NCBI GenBank assembly: GCA_964540105.1
Contig: CAZILL010000003.1
Span: 74,035-138,034 of the forward strand
Source: an uncultured Ignavibacteriales bacterium
Lineage (GTDB): Bacteria > Zixibacteria > MSB-5A5 > GN15 > FEB-12
Direction: 5' to 3'
Length of the DNA stretch: 64,000 nt
Shown: one piece after another, positions 63,013 through 64,000 of the stretch
Layout: every line of letters begins with the position of its first letter
Position numbering within the stretch: position 1 is the first letter of the stretch
Position numbers and translations under genes: made by a program
Notes under the pieces: model-generated
The model's database searches: none
What the model saw: only the letters and a program-made list of their open reading frames with translations
What the model was told of the DNA's origin: nothing

Positions 63013-64000
63013 CTACTGCTTCAGAACATGAATCAAGTTCCACATTGGCAAGAACATAGCCAGTGCCAGAACCAGGACAAAGGCACCGAGAAACAGGGTC
63101 AATATTGGCTCGATAATCGTCGTGAGCTGTCGGGAGCGATAATTGACCTCTTTGACATAATGATTCCCAACCTCATTGAGCATGGTCTCGAGCGAGCCGG
63201 ATTCAAGGCCGATCGACATGAGTTGGAGAGCAAGGTCGGGGAAATAGACGAACTGGCCCTGTTCGACACTGATCTCCTTTCCCGTCCGGAAGAGTTCGTC
63301 CATCTTCCGAATTTCGTCCGATATGGCGCTGTTCTTCACCGTATCGACGAGGATCTCCATGGAGCGGACAATGGGGAGCCCGGCCTTGAACATCATCCGA
63401 AACATGAGTGTGAAACGAGCAATGTTGCTCTTGATGACCAGATCACCGAAGACGGGTAACTTCAGCATTTTCTTATCGAACCAGCGTCGTCCTTTCTCGG
63501 TGCTGAAGATCTTCTTTAAGAGGAATACGATGCCAATCAGGGTTCCGAGCACAATGGGCCAGTAGGTGGTGATGACATTGCTTGTGGCAATCAGTATCCT
63601 CGTCGGGAGGGGCAATTGAGCGTTGAAGGCATTGTAAAAGGCCACGAAACGCGGAATGACAAAAGCCATCATGACGAGAAAGGCCAGGGCGATTACACCC
63701 AGGACGATGATCGGATAGCGCGTGGCAACCTTGATCTGACGGCCGAGCTCCATTTCCCTCTCAAGCATGAGGGAGAGCTCTTCGAGCGTGAATTCCAGTT
63801 TTCCTGACTCTTCTCCGGCCGCGACGCTGGCTGTATAGACGTTGGAGAACAGATCAGGAAAGGGAGTCATCGCTTCAGACAACGACTGCCCCGACTGAAC
63901 TCCCGATCGGATTTGATCGATAGCGTCGTTGAAGCGGCTGCCCGGTTTTCCAATGCGAATGATGGACAAGCTGCGCAGCAGTGGAATCCCCGTGCGGTGC
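63013..64000 (-). CDS. pilC: Type IV pilus platform protein PilC (GspF family), 5' partial at window edge
   Basis: The frame stays open to nt 64000 (…TGIPLLRSLSIIRIG…). Two GspF-type repeats with TM helices. C-terminus LAMFLPMWNLIHVLKQ. Confidence 0.88.
   Translation of the reverse strand, partial: HRTGIPLLRSLSIIRIGKPGSRFNDAIDQIRSGVQSGQSLSEAMTPFPDLFSNVYTASVAAGEESGKLEFTLEELSLMLEREMELGRQIKVATRYPIIVLGVIALAFLVMMAFVIPRFVAFYNAFNAQLPLPTRILIATSNVITTYWPIVLGTLIGIVFLLKKIFSTEKGRRWFDKKMLKLPVFGDLVIKSNIARFTLMFRMMFKAGLPIVRSMEILVDTVKNSAISDEIRKMDELFRTGKEISVEQGQFVYFPDLALQLMSIGLESGSLETMLNEVGNHYVKEVNYRSRQLTTIIEPILTLFLGAFVLVLALAMFLPMWNLIHVLKQ

Overview
The window looks like an ordinary chromosomal segment of a diderm bacterium, probably an uncultivated lineage, though I cannot assign taxonomy from sequence alone. 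Gene density is high. I saw no transposases, integrases, CRISPR arrays or phage genes.

Gene content from left to right:
- A 5'-truncated secreted repeat protein with a dockerin-like C-terminus.
- Two copies of a ~135-bp double-hairpin repeat, followed by tRNA-Leu(UAA).
- A tight minus-strand operon: decaheme periplasmic cytochrome, MtrB/PioB-like beta-barrel, and hexaheme lipoprotein cytochrome.
- A GlcD-like FAD oxidase, glutamate dehydrogenase and a WbpB-like oxidoreductase.
- A 1260-aa hybrid histidine kinase with a CXXCH-bearing DUF3365-type sensor domain and five PAS domains.
- A variant HD protein, a fused aconitase-family enzyme and a PrpD-family protein, followed by hisS.
- A NapH-like polyferredoxin, a SAM methyltransferase, a two-domain membrane protein and a ROK kinase.
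- tRNA-Phe(GAA).
- hrcA-grpE-dnaK-dnaJ-prmA-rsmE, then pilD, a sensor kinase, efp and a short RNase HIII-like gene.
- A GAF pseudo-kinase followed by a GAF hybrid kinase.
- An FMN riboswitch followed by ribD-ribE-ribBA-ribH-nusB.
- A ~10-kb envelope or protein glycosylation island: DUF2723-TPR GT-C, GT4, flippase-like protein, second GT-C, dehydrogenase, acetyltransferase and GT2.
- A small regulatory and small-ORF region.
- A ZIP transporter and a rhodanese/MauE-DoxX pair.
- A type IV pilus cluster, pilQ-pilP-pilO-pilMN(fused)-pseudopilin-pilA-pilC, with pilC running off the right edge.

The three most interesting candidates are:
- The compact porin-cytochrome (Mtr/Pio-like) electron conduit, with an unusual A-B-C gene order and a small hexaheme outer component.
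- The glycosylation island with two GT-C enzymes.
- The heme-c sensor kinase.

All functional calls rest on motifs I recognised in the translated ORFs. No database search was run.
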